Assembly: GCA_040437565.1 (NCBI GenBank)
Contig: JBDOQK010000006.1
Coordinates: forward strand, 744,001-804,608
Length of the DNA: 60,608 nucleotides
Direction of reading: 5' to 3'
Origin: Albugo candida
Lineage: Eukaryota
Shown in pieces: positions 12,995-25,849 of the stretch; positions within the stretch are counted from its first letter, which is position 1; each line of letters starts with the position of its first letter. The notes below the pieces were generated by a model that saw nothing but the letters and a program-made list of their open reading frames with translations, was not told where the DNA came from and did no database searches. The position numbers and the translations under genes were made by a program.

Positions 12995-14405
12995 ACCATG
13001 ATGGGCGCATCATTGGTTACTCCAGGGAACCGCCCAAGTCATCAAGAAATTTCTTTCAGCCCAGTTTCACAAACCTCATCTCATTGACGTCTCTGTTGGA
13101 AGATACAGCATGACATCACCCACTACGGCGGAGGAAGTTACACAAGCGTTTTGGTCTCTGAACAATAATGGCGCACCAGTTGCAGATCACGTCCCAGATG
13201 AATTACTCAAGTATAGGTCCCCAGTGATTTCCGACATCGTCGCTAAATCAAGCAAACCGTCATATCCAGAACCCCACCAGATCCACGCGCGAAAGCCTTA
13301 TGCACGGTGTTATAAACGCTGTTCCGAAGCCTAATAAACCGATGGGCAACTGTGACAACCTTCGACCGATCACCCTTCTCATCACACTCGTAAAACCATA
13401 TTCAAGGTCATACTAAATCGCATCTTTACATAGGTGGATAAGTGGCTCTCGCCTAAACATAGTGGCTTTCGAGCCATCGTACGCCTAGTCATGTCGCGGG
13501 ATCCCTTGTCTTCACAATGAGTTCGCATAGCGAGTCTATCGATACGAGGACCGCAAAGGTTGAGAAGCTACAAATAGCCATGCTATTCAAGCTGTTCTTT
13601 ACGTAGCACTCTCAGCCTTACGCTTTTTTGTTGGTGGATCAGAAAGTTTTCCGGCGCTAGCGGTCTAAGTCTAAGATGACATTCATATAGCGGGGTCAGC
13701 GAGTAGCTCAACAGGATAATCGTTTAGACAGTTCTCCCAACGCATGATTGTGATTCGTCAAGGGTGATTTTACAACTAGGATGAAATTGTCTACATCTAG
13801 TGCGTGATTTCACCAGATGCCATCCCGCAAAAGCCATTGAGTCGTCAGTAAAAATGACGGTCTACGCCAGCTTGGTGAAGGAATTAGTACTTTGAATGGT
13901 TTTTAGCAAGCGAATGCGCAATGGATGTTGTGGGTGCCGTTGCTGGCAAGAATGTGTTATCACTAATCGATCCTATTTGTGATCCTCGCTGACAACGCTA
14001 AGGATCATAACGTTGGCGCTGAATTGACTTCCCAAAGACAGGTTCACATTCACAGGCACGAAATGCGGTCATAATGATGCAAGCGTACAAGAAGGCAACC
14101 GCAAGTTTGAAAACGCGCTTCTTAAAAAGGTTTGATGAGGTCTTGGCATATACATAAAGAGCAAGAAGAAACCATCGATATACTTCGACTTTCTCTACGT
14201 TGTTAGTTACTATAAAATGTACGAGTGTGTGAATGAGATACAAGGATTTTCTCGTTCCTTGCACACATAAACGACTGACTCGTTCTCAATCAAAAGTTGT
14301 TCATATTACTCATTAGATTTATGCTGGTGACTTTCCGGGGTCATGACTGTACGTCCACTATAAACGGTAGTCCCTAAGTCATGCACGGGGCTTTGAAACG
14401 TAGAA

Positions 14406-16321
14406 ATGAGTCAATCAACTCAAAACGGCTTTCACGAGCGTAATCGCTACCGAAAATCACCACCGGATTTTTATGCACTAGCCCAGAAATTTCCAGCTTT
14501 GCTACCGCAGTACGATGAAAAATTGTTGATGTAATTTTTGACTGATTTTCGGCGTAGTCTGCGTAACGTTGATGCTACACGAAAGAGTGCAGGGTTTGCA
14601 TGGGACGATCCGTACGCACTACGGTAAGAAAACTTGTGCTTGATTGGTCCATTGAATTTACTCCGATGCATTATTAGGGAGCTTACAACAGTACTTCTGA
14701 AACACGATTTTGGTGTCAAATGGACGATGCCCATAAATCGTCTGTGCCCGCCGGTCAATATATATAATGCTGGGTTCCAGAATATAAAGTACTCAGAGTC
14801 AATTAATGTCGTATAGGTACCAAACAGGCTCAATTACTTGCACTGGATCGAAGAACTCGTCGAAAAAGCTGACCGCGAGGGCCTGGTGGGGGACGTGAGT
14901 TCAACCCAGTCAAAAAATACAAAAGTATTTGCTGGATTGGATATTGGAACCGGGGCAAGCTGCATTTTTCCTTTGTTAGGAACCTCATTGCACCCCGATT
15001 GGACTTTTATCGCAACAGAAATTGACAACACTTCATACTCGGCAGCTCTCATCAATCTGCAAAAAAATCCACACTTAATTGGCCGAATCAAATTGAAACA
15101 TGTTGTCGACAATCAATTCTTCAAAGGAGCACTAGATGAAGAATCCAAATCCGCCATCACATTTTCGATGTGTAATCCACCATTTTTCGCAAACTCGGAT
15201 GAAATAAAGCCTCACCCGCACGCATTCTGTATGGGCTCCCCTCATGAAATGATTTATCCTGGAGGAGAAGTATGCTTTGTTAGCGAGATGGTAGATCAAA
15301 GTGTCACCTACAAAGAGCGCATTGTTTGGTTCACGTCCATGCTAGGGAAAAAATCTAGTTTACGACCTCTACTAGCCAAAATGCGATCAACAAAACAAGT
15401 GACGTATTATTGCACAACTGACTTCTGCCAGGGGCAAACGAAACGCTGGGGTATTGCTTGGACATTTCACGAGGAGCTAAGGAGTGCATTTGAATCCTCC
15501 GAAGGAGTTGTAACGAAAGTCTTGGGTAAACGGAAGGCATATCGAAAACGCCAACTAGAATTTCAGATCAACATCAATGATTCAACAAGTAAGCTTCCTG
15601 AACATGCAACATTGTGCAATGACTCATTGGTGTGTTAGCCCTATCAGCTGGATTTCTTGATGTTATAAAGCGTATAAAAGGATTTTGTCAGAGTACGATC
15701 ACGAAACACAGTGAAGACTATAAGCTCTCGCTTATTGAACTGACTGAACAAAAATCAGTTGATAAAGGTGAATGCTTCATTGGCAATCTCAATCTGTGTG
15801 AAGGTGTCATGTCATCCACATCAAAGCCAAATAATATCTTGGACGCGACAATCGAAGTGACACCACATTCAGATTCGAAGCAGACATATGTACAAGTTTG
15901 CTTGACATATAAGGCCGGTCAGTGTGCTATATTTTGGACAACATCTGAGCAATTAAAAGCTTCTGTTCTTCGCACGGGACGAAAATGGCGGCGTATGAAC
16001 AACAGATCAGNNNNNNNNNNNNNNNNNNNNNNNNNNNNNNNNNNNNNNNNNNNNNNNNNNNNNNNNNNNNNNNNNNNNNNNNNNNNNNNNNNNNNNNNNN
16101 NNNNNNNNNNGCCAAATAATATCTTGGACGCGACAATCGAAGTGACACCACATTCAGATTCGAAGCAGACATATGTACAAGTTTGCTTGACATATAAGGC
16201 CGGTCAGTGTGCTATATTTTGGACAACATCTGAGCAATTAAAAGCTTCTGTTCTTCGCACGGGACGAAAATGGCGGCGTATGAACAACAGATCAGATTGT
16301 TGCAACACTAGGAAGACTTGA
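14406..16321 (+). CDS. METTL16: METTL16/RlmF-family RNA m6A methyltransferase (U6 snRNA methyltransferase-like), multi-exon
   Basis: Spliced N-terminus MSQ..HERNRY..PDFYALA / ELTTVLLKHDFG..RLCPP / VPNRLNYLHWI joined by short GT-AG introns; SAM motif GLDIGTGASCIFPLL; catalytic MCNPPFF; FCQGQTKRWGIAWTF. 3' exon partly duplicated across a gap. Confidence 0.92.
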
Positions 16322-16496
16322 AAGCTCCCATGAAGAGAAGAGGCACAGCTAACAATCGTCTCTCGGTGTCGCGCGATCTCACAGTCACTCCTCAGACGCA
16401 ATGGTACCAGAATTGACTACGGTACGAGCATTTGTGGCTCTGTTTGAGCTAAAATGATATCTTCTTATCTCAATTCTGCAATTCATTATTTCCGCC

Positions 16497-17927
16497 TCAT
16501 TTAAAACACTTGGTATGAGCACAGCAAAATCCCGACCGCTGTGCCCACTTCGAGCAATTGACAAAATTGCACCGCTTACCGCCCCCGTGAGATCGACACA
16601 GTCGATTCTGATGTGCATTTTTGAAGCACCCTGGAACATTGCATTGGCGGCCACCTCCGTGAGATTTACAAAGACCTCTTGTCTGTGCAAACTTATAACA
16701 GCCGTCTTTCTTGCACCGAGAACCTCCTCCATGATCAGGACATTTACCACGACTCAAGGCAACCCTATGACATCCAGAAAACTCACAACACTTGCCACAA
16801 TGACGATTGCAAAAGCCCCCAGAACGTCGCAAATTTGTGCATCCAGTATACGAACAGTAAACATGCAGCTTCTTTTCTTGGAGAGACCCGTTTGTGCTGG
16901 CGAGTGTGTGATACCGTTCAGGGGTCTCATTTAGTCGCAAGAACTTCCGTTGTGGTTCTGACTGCAATATTGCGTTATCTGTATTTTGTTCTTGAATGAT
17001 TCGATCAGTTGTTAGATCCAACATGTAAGTCGAATGAGGCACGTTCAGATCATCATCGTTCATCGCGGTCCCATAGACGCTATTGACGGAGCTAAATAAC
17101 GTAGAATCAACTCTTGCATCTTCAAAACTACTTATTGGTCGATCAAAATACGGCTCGTTCATGTCTTGGAAAAAGTACGAAGGGTGCCGGCAAAATTCTT
17201 GGATAAAAACTTTCGGTGGAGATACGAGGGCAGTCATCATGCCTGGATATTCTGTGCATACCGATTCACTATCGACAAAAGGTAGCTCCGATACTGCATC
17301 AGATCTTGAAGACGGGGTGCGGTTTGATCCGTACAACGATAAAAGTTTTGTCAGTGTCGGGTCTGTAAGTGAGCTAGTATGTCGTGGATGCAATTCCTTG
17401 CCGTTTGCACACGAATTTTGATGCTTATTGTTTGCTTCTGAAGCGACAGAAGATACTGCCGATAAAACAAGACGTTGATCATTGTAGGCGCAGCTACTTT
17501 CGTCAAATAACGCTGAAATTGGGTTTTGCTTGATTTTCTCCCCTTCACCAATGTATGGATATGAAGCAATAATCGGATTCGAAAAAGATGAGGTTCTCAG
17601 TTTTTGCATTCCGTCACTATACTGGAATGAGTGACCCATTTCCAGAGATATGTGATGTGCCATAGATGATAAACTCGAAGTACCAATGCAAGATTGCAAC
17701 TTGATGAGCGGTTTCAACTGACGATGTATACAGATTTCATTGTCGAAAAGCAGCTCGCGCAGTATGTCAGGTTCTTCGGATAAAGCTAGCAGTCCAGACG
17801 CTTTTGTCCCATTGAGGCTGGGCGGATACGACTTGATCAACTTGGTTGTCTCTGACATGTCTGACATGGATGTAAATTGTGGGTCTGAACAAGTTCTTGC
17901 GTCTGATTGACTTGTGATACTATTCAT
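16497..17927 (-). CDS. Oomycete WRKY19-like CxxxGC..CxxHGGG repeat zinc-finger protein
   Basis: 476-aa ORF; Ser-rich N-terminus and C-terminal repeats such as CKKDGCYKFAQTRGLCKSHGGG and CNVPGCFKNAHQNRLCRSHGGG. Confidence 0.88.
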   Translation of the reverse strand: MNSITSQSDARTCSDPQFTSMSDMSETTKLIKSYPPSLNGTKASGLLALSEEPDILRELLFDNEICIHRQLKPLIKLQSCIGTSSLSSMAHHISLEMGHSFQYSDGMQKLRTSSFSNPIIASYPYIGEGEKIKQNPISALFDESSCAYNDQRLVLSAVSSVASEANNKHQNSCANGKELHPRHTSSLTDPTLTKLLSLYGSNRTPSSRSDAVSELPFVDSESVCTEYPGMMTALVSPPKVFIQEFCRHPSYFFQDMNEPYFDRPISSFEDARVDSTLFSSVNSVYGTAMNDDDLNVPHSTYMLDLTTDRIIQEQNTDNAILQSEPQRKFLRLNETPERYHTLASTNGSLQEKKLHVYCSYTGCTNLRRSGGFCNRHCGKCCEFSGCHRVALSRGKCPDHGGGSRCKKDGCYKFAQTRGLCKSHGGGRQCNVPGCFKNAHQNRLCRSHGGGKRCNFVNCSKWAQRSGFCCAHTKCFK

Positions 17928-18451
17928 TAAAGAGACTATATATCAAGAATCAACCGATGCTTGCTTGGATAGACTTGACCCTCGAACAGGTAAATTCCTG
18001 ATGTAATGTCTTCAGCTGTAAGAGAAAAACGAAAAGTAGATGGCATGAGGCATCATGCTTAGAAACCGCGCCAGCAAAATCCGAAACTAACGCAAGCAAG
18101 ATGCCTTTCTAATTATATAGCAGGCTAAGCTGCATCTACATCTCGCTGTTGACACTCGGCAGAGTACGAGCCGCTGAGTAGGTCACCTGTATAACAGGGA
18201 ACCGTCATCAGAATATCAAAAATAGGTGCCCAGAAATACACCTAACCAAACTGGTAGCATCATGAATATGTAAGTGGATCTTTTCACGCAGGTTTTAATC
18301 CACATGTCCGTGACGCTTGTAAACTATTGAACTGTCAAAGGCGTTATTTTCACAAGTTAAACTATGTTACATTCATATCAAGAATCACTTTTACGTGCAT
18401 CCATATTGCTATCGACCATATCCATAGAAGCACCATTATCTCGATCACTGT

Positions 18452-19816
18452 TTAGTACTCTCGTGCAACCATTGACTGGACCGATGCTGGCCGATCGACG
18501 TTTCTTGGGTGCCGAATTAATTTCTCCAAGCGCTCTTGTGAATAGAATGGAACGCTAACTGCTTTTAGTAGCACCATCGCTACATCGTAGGCAGAAGGAC
18601 GCTTTTTAGGATCCTCTTGAAGCATCTGCTGGATGAGAATTGCAATTAAAGGTGGTATCGATATGAAATTGATGCAAAAATAGCATGATTGACAAAAACA
18701 GGTGTTCTCTATATGCTCGAAAACTTCTTTGCGCCAGCTCGGGTGGGACGACAAATATGATGATCCTCCTCGAAACCCCCATACAATACACTGCACCAAC
18801 TATCAAACAATTAGATCCATTGTGCCCGAAAACAGTCTCACGTACCACGACACCTGCCGACCATATATCGGCTTTTGCTCCATCAAAACCCTTGCGAGGA
18901 GCTGGCATTCGTGAATGATTGCGCACTTCGGGTGCAACAAATGCTGGTTTGAATTTGATACTTACATGCCCTGCACCAACGATGCCCCGGTGATCGGATA
19001 TCTGACTGCTCCCATAATCGATGATTCGAGGAGCACCTTGGCGATCAATCGCGATATTATAAACATCAAGATCCAAATGTGCCACATTTTGCGCATGTAG
19101 ATACGTCAAGCCTTGCATCAACCGTGTGAAAATTTGTACACTCTCACGCATCCAATCATTTCCTGCAGGACGATACACATAAGAAATGCATTCAAACTTG
19201 GTAGGGGAGCGATCGAGATTTTTCACTGCGAACTGTCGCAGATGCTTGACCTAAAAAAGTAATGATTAGGTCGAGAATTGCAACACTGAAACCCAAGTGA
19301 TACTTGTACCATTAGTTCACGTATCTTTTTGTGAGCGTACAACAAAAAGCTTCCGTTCGAAACAAACTCAGTTGCAATGTAATCATTGTACGCATCCTCA
19401 CTATACTCCCATCTTATAACGTATGGATTTGATAGTGGTGCTTCAACTCCACCCATTTGTAGTTGCGACATGATACGCAATTCATTTTCTACATCATCAT
19501 GTTGCTGTGTAATCTGCCCCTTGTCCATGACTTTTAATGCAACAGGTATCTGCTTCAAAGTCTCTTGCTTGATCGGTGCATATGTGCCAGCCAAGACAAG
19601 ACCGCATCGGCAAATAGCAAGTTCTACATGTTTACGCCGTAACGCGACAAGGCCACCACCTTTTCGATGTGCATCGATATTCCACGGTACGAATGCCTTT
19701 GGAATTTTCATTAGAAACGACGTTGTATGCGCTGAAATGGGTGGGTGCATATATTCTTCATATGTAGGAACTCCACTGGTTTTCTGATATTTCGTTTTGG
19801 CAAAATAAACATCCAT
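18452..19816 (-). CDS. Atypical Ser/Thr protein kinase (CAMK-like), multi-exon; exon boundaries approximate
   Basis: VALKVM, alphaC ENELRIM, HLDLDVYNI, IIDYG, FVAPE, ADIWSAG and MLQEDPKKRP spread over three adjacent ORFs. Confidence 0.85.
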
Positions 19817-19994
19817 CCTCCGTCACTATGGTTCGTATACTTCAAAGATCGATGATTGATGTGAAGTATTAGGTATGAAGGGTGTGAATTTTTACGAGAC
19901 GCCAGTCCAATGCAATAGCTTTAATGGATTTGTCCGAAATCAATATGAGGTTACACGTATAAGATATCGCCGAGAATCAGATAGAGGCATCGAT

Positions 19995-21056
19995 TTATGC
20001 TCTCTTTCGATTCCGCTTCCGTTGCTTCTTTTTTTTCTTCCTAGCTTGATAAAACTTCAGTAAATTGACTTCAATGGGATTCGCTTGTATATCTGATCCT
20101 GGTACAGGGAGCCCTCGAATGCAGTCTGGAAGTGACCGATTTGCTGGAATACTTAAAATATTCTCCAAGATTTTTGATAATGTATCTGGACCAGTTTTTC
20201 CGGATAGTACTCGACAATCTTCGTAGTGAGGCCGATTGGATTTGTTACATGCCGCTTCATAATCCTGGAAAAATGGAGCAACCGTATCTATCACATCATC
20301 ATGTGCTGGTTTGGCTGTTTCCCATGCGTGAAACGTATTAGAATCACCCAAATGGCTTATCTCTTTCTTAAGCGTATCAAAATTATCGATGCTTTTGCGC
20401 TCTCTATTCATCGAATCATCATCAGCCTTCATCGCTGGTGTCTTTCTAGCCTGTGTAGTTCCAGCACTCGAAACTTTTCGAATCCTGTTCTCAACCCTAC
20501 CGCGCTTGTCCGAATTTTCATTCCGAAAATGCATCGCGCTCTTTTTTATCTGCTTATTATTCTGAGTGACATTGTCGTTTATACCAAGCGCATCGATGGC
20601 CTCAACATTTGTTACAGAATTCATAGCAGTCACATCCTCGGATGATCTTGTGGTTTTGTGCGATGAAATGTTCACAAAGTCTCGCTTTGTGATACCCAAC
20701 GATGCAGGATTACTATCACATTGCACATCCGAGCTCTGTCGCATATAGGGATGCGTCGATTTACTTTCCATTGCATGATAGGCATAAACGCGTGAGTTAT
20801 GACCAGTTTGAAGCACTAAAACATTACCACAATTTATTCAGAAGCTGTGCAATCTCGTACTGCCATAATGATTCAGCTTCGCGTCTACTTCGCTGAAGCT
20901 GCAAACTATCGAAAGGGAGTTCCACATCTTCACAAACGGAGTTTTCTCTTCTATCATTATGTAGCTCATTCTACTTAGACAATTCAATAACTCAATTGCA
21001 ATCTTAAGGCAACGTCAGCCTACCTCTGTGATCTGTGCGGGAACCGAAATACCCAT
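19995..21056 (-). CDS. Hydrophilic multi-exon ORF, possibly the N-terminal extension of the kinase
   Basis: 273-aa ORF ending in a basic NLS-like RKKKKKQRKRNRK; upstream small exons MGISVPAQITE|gtaggc and ...EIAQLLNKLW|gtaatg. Confidence 0.55.
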
Positions 21057-21199
21057 CGTATTAGCTCTTCCACACCACAACTTGATCTGACTGACATTTT
21101 GTAAGCAATAATGTGGAGCTAATTGCTGTCCAGCATGTTTTTTCATCTCAGATTTTTGTGCTGCATAGTAATATTGACATCACGTTGATCGATATACTA

Positions 21200-24100
21200 T
21201 ACCTTTTACCTATAGAATGATCGCCTTGAGATGTAACGATTGGAGTATTTAATGCTGTTATACGTCGCAACTGTGACGCGTACATTATGGTCACTTGGAT
21301 ATCTTCGGGCAGTGTGAATTAAGCAAGTCTACAAATCTGATCCTAGAACATACGCTTTTTTGTTTTGTCGTCTACAAGTTGCATTATATACGTGGAAGCT
21401 TCTCGGTGCTAACGTATGTAGGTATACAGACAGTCGATACTCTGAGGGTGATATGAAATGTAGTTATTTTTACACAGATCCGACTTGTTAGCCTCTAAAA
21501 ATGCCTTGGTCGATAGCAGACATAAAAGCCACTCGATAGCATGCTCCTATAATACTCATCAAAGTTATATCAGGAATTATAATCAGTAATTTGAACCATC
21601 ACCAATCGAGCACCTGATACACTATGTTGAAAAACGCAACATCAGTTTTTGCCCGAGTCACCAAAGCAATGTGATCATCTCGAAATGCGCTATTTTAGTA
21701 ACAATACCGTCACATGTACAGCAAACGTGTATCCTATATGAACCATCACACAATGACACAACTAGAAATTGACTTGCATTGCCGTAAAATTTGGATCACC
21801 ATATAATTGAACGTCCATTCCAGTGATTTTGATATGAGGACCTACGTCGACAATCGGTGACTTCCACGAAAATCACCCTAGTTAAAAGTCAGAAAGAGAT
21901 GGGGCTGATAGAATTGACAATGCCCGAGGGGCCGGGCAATGGTTCAAGCTGCTGCCCAGAGTGTCTAAAACATAAATTACCTTCCGAACATATTTTCCTT
22001 CACTCAAGTCCATCTCGAGATTGCCTATGAGCCAAAAAAGATGACCTAGTGTCATGAGCGCTGACCACATGCGAAAAAGTTGATACTGCTTCCCTTCAAT
22101 GGATATAATCAAAATTATCAGACGCAGTTTTCGATATTCCGCTGGAAAGGCTTGCGGCAATAGAATTCTTTCAGACTCTTCGTTGTCGTAAGTTTTTACT
22201 ATAAAAAGTTTTGTTGTCGGAATCGTGTGACGTAGTGATCCAGTGGAGATGGACATTGCTGTCAAGTACGCCGTGAAAGTCTAAATTTTACCAAATGAAT
22301 CTGTCGACTCAGAAAATCATTCGATTTTGTCTTTCAAGAGAAGCCATAATGTGCCACTGGATTTGATACTCACAATGAGGCATATTTATCATGTTGAAGC
22401 GCTCAAATTTTCTGATTTTTCTGATGGTGCAGGATAAGATTGTCGGGTTCGAGAATAGGGGCTGTATGTAGCACAAATAGCCCAAACAGGCTTGGCAAAT
22501 GCAGTGCATCACTTGATCTCTCTAAACGTACAAGATCGTGCCTACCAGCAATATCTTTTTTAACAATCGTAGGATTTTCACATAGTCATGGAAGAACACA
22601 AATCGATTATGTCGTGGCCGCTTCAAATGATAAGGTAGTATAAATTTCACAAAATAGATCCTTGTTCAATCCATTTTTATCTCCCATTTCTCCATGCATC
22701 TCTTATCGACCAAGAATCAGTCATATTGTGTAATAAACATCCGCATAATTACTTGGAGAAAGACAACCTGATTCAGCACCAATGCTTGCTCAATGTTGCG
22801 TATATGAGGTCCAATTGTTTCGTACAATGTCACGTTTGCTTTATCGGGATGATCAAGTATTTTTTTGAATATCTCAGTACTCTGATTGCTGTACATATCA
22901 GGCAAAAACGATGTGAGAAAATTCGCACCCTCCTTTCACGTCAGAAACGAGCTATATCAGGAGTAATTATAGTCAGTTCATTGTGTGAGGATGCTTTATA
23001 TAGTATTTCATGTGTCCTTCTCCGTCCCGTCTTAAAACATCTTCTAGGGATCTGTCCCTGCGCACAAATGCGGTACGATGGTGATCTTGCAACACTTCAT
23101 ATTTTGTGATTAGATTTTACATCATTGTCCAATTTGCAATATGACTCCATCGTCAGCTTTTTTTTATCAATCTCAATCGCGCATCCTCCTCCCTTGACGG
23201 ACAACTAGGTCGATCCTGTAGGCGAAATGAACGCATCCATAATGCCTTGACTCGCTTGCAGTGAACCCTTATTCAATGTAATGCTTCCTCATCGCAGAAT
23301 CACGTAATCGCACTACTTAATATTCCTTCTGATGTCGACAAAAGTATTGCTCTACTTCGCAACAATCATGCATGAATGTCGCTGGTACTAATACGATTCC
23401 GAGTTTGCTTCATTCTAAAAATCTGTTGTTCTATATAACCTGAAGGAGTTGATATAAGTGTCGTATTTTTCCTCATTTCTGTAAAGCTCCATAATGGACC
23501 AAAAAATATTCGATAATACCATATGGCTATATGTTCAATGCCACTTCAGACGATCATCATTGTCATGAACTATCGGAATGACGCTAATGATTCTTTTATC
23601 AAGCGTTTCAGAGCTTGATTGATGATGAGAGCTTGGCTAAATTCCCGTGACTTTGAAATGGTCAGTCAGCCAAAACGCATCTCGGGACTTTATATCGCCC
23701 TTATGCATCTCAATCGTGTCAATGCTTAGTATATGAATTCTTTACCACTGAGTTGTTTTTGATGTGGCAACTCCGAAGTGGCAGAATACTCTGAAAAAGG
23801 ATTGTGATCAATTCATAATCGAGAAAACATAAGCACATAAAAAGTAGGCTCGTTGTGTGAAGTGATCTATCTTATGGCTCAATATAAAATAGTAATATTC
23901 CATCACACGCCATAGCGAATAACGTTTCATACCACTTCTGTACGGGCTAAACTGTCACAGAAATACTCAACTGTACAATTGATGTGCTTGTCTTCACATG
24001 TACTTCTTCATCATTATCAGCGAATTTCACCTATAATCTAAGCTAAGTTCTTGATGATTGATAGTTTTCTATCATCGATTGATTTATCACATTAGCATCA

Positions 24101-25420
24101 ATTCTCGAAAAGTATTTATCGCACTATGCATCTAGGTACATCTATATGAGTCGGATGTTGTCGATCCTATGATAACAATATATCAACCATTCTTCGATTA
24201 CCTGTAATATTCATTGCATTGTTGGGTCGAAGTCTTCATCTCGTTTCAATCACGCAACATACCCCAAGGAGCAAACTTATGGTAAGTTAACATAGTTTGA
24301 CTTCATGTGAAAATGAGATTTTCAGCTCCCATGCCGAGTATATGCTTAATGAAGGATAGTCGTGTATCCCATACACAAAAGTTCTTTCTACCACATCAGC
24401 ATTATGGCCAAATGAAAATTGAACAAGTCACTGTGNNNNNNNNNNNNNNNNNNNNNNNNNNNNNNNNNNNNNNNNNNNNNNNNNNNNNNNNNNNNNNNNN
24501 NNNNNNNNNNNNNNNNNNNNNNNNNNNNNNNNNNNTATCAACCATTCTTCGATTACCTGTAATATTCATTGCATTGTTGGGTCGAAGTCTTCATCTCGTT
24601 TCAATCACGCAACATACCCCAAGGAGCAAACTTATGGTAAGTTAACATAGTTTGACTTCATGTGAAAATGAGATTTTCAGCTCCCATGCCGAGTATATGC
24701 TTAATGAAGGATAGTCGTGTATCCCATACACAAAAGTTCTTTCTACCACATCAGCATTATGGCCAAATGAAAATTGAACAAGTCACTGTGACGCCTATCA
24801 TCGCAATGAGAACATACGTGCTAACGTATCCTCTCAAACATTTAAAACAAAACTTTTAGGTGCTTTATTTCCTAACTTGTTAAACATTTATCTGCTGTTC
24901 ATGTTGATCGCAGTTTTCTTTATACGTCGATAGATCTCGAAAACCTGAACGAGGTCCATCAGGTTCTTATCATCTGCATGGTAGCTCTTTTTGACCTTGA
25001 AGTCTTGAGCGATGTCCTGACTGCATATATTGTACATTATACCAGTGCTTCGACTCTTCCAATAATAGACATATGTGCAAGTCGTCTTCGAACTTGTTTG
25101 ATGGCCAAAATCATTCCAAGTCAAGTTTTTCTATGCTATGTTGATGCAAAATCAACGCTGCACAAGAAAAGCGTCTTAAAAAGGTAATCGTTCTTTGCAA
25201 GAAAGCATTCGCATACGAGAATTTTAGCTGTTGCTCCCTGCGGGCTCGCTCAAGCTCAACAGCTAAAAGGGATAATGATTATCCTCTCTGTTTGCATCGT
25301 CAGAATTTGAAATCGCACATAAGGTATCTAACGATTCTCTAGGATCGTAAGAGTTTCAATGAGCCAAGCAAACCTTACAAATAGGATTTTGCGCAGCTCA
25401 ATAATGATGGAATCAACCAT
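21200..25420 (-). other. Possible divergent or decayed multi-exon gene, not identifiable
   Basis: Scattered protein-like minus-strand ORF pieces (e.g. 22717-22905, 24888-25124) interrupted by stops; no recognisable motif. Confidence 0.2.
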
Positions 25421-25606
25421 TGGAAACGACGATACCTCGAACAATGGTCAAATAGTTCTAAGATTTACTTCGGCAAATTTTTCTGTTTAGCTTCAATAAC
25501 GCAGCAAATCTGTGATTTCTTACCTATAAAAATAATGGAAGGCAACATGATGCGTAGTTGTGCAGTACGCAGTGCGCACCATAACCATATCAAATAAAGA
25601 GCCGTC

Positions 25607-25849
25607 ATGCAAATCAATGGAAATGATTCGTCCATCGAAGCAACTGGAAAAAATGGGATAGAATCAATGACGGTCTCCAATCCTGACAGAGAGATCGACA
25701 CATATGAGAAACTATGTGACGTGGTCATTACAATAAATGCGTCCCTGATATCACTCAGCCGTAAGCTAGAAATAATGACCGAGATAACAACGGAACTAAA
25801 TCAGTTTACAAGCACATGGCTTCGCTTATGGAGTGTGTCAGAACACTGA
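25607..25849 (+). CDS. DASH/Dam1 kinetochore complex subunit, Duo1-like
   Basis: 80-aa helical protein; REIDTYEKLCDVVITINASL...NQFTSTWLRLWSVSEH resembles the Duo1 core pattern ending in WxRILSQTEH. Confidence 0.6.
   Translation: MQINGNDSSIEATGKNGIESMTVSNPDREIDTYEKLCDVVITINASLISLSRKLEIMTEITTELNQFTSTWLRLWSVSEH

Larger units (their letters stand above)
10345..13475 (+). mobile_element. Second RTE-like copy in inverted orientation, split by the copia at 10693-12994
   Basis: 10455-10692 and 12995-13470 are diverged reverse complements of ~9690-10332; paired ORFs MTSPITEEEVTQAF and MTSPTTAEEVTQAF. Confidence 0.85.

Noticed and set aside
16111-16295. Internal domain repeat in the METTL16 C-terminus
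   Set aside because: Exact copy of 15826-16010 across a 100-N gap, so an assembly artefact.
16515-17421. Plus-strand ORFs over the zinc-finger gene (and similar shadow ORFs over the kinase and exportin-7)
   Set aside because: Antisense or alternate-frame shadows of real coding regions, with no motifs.
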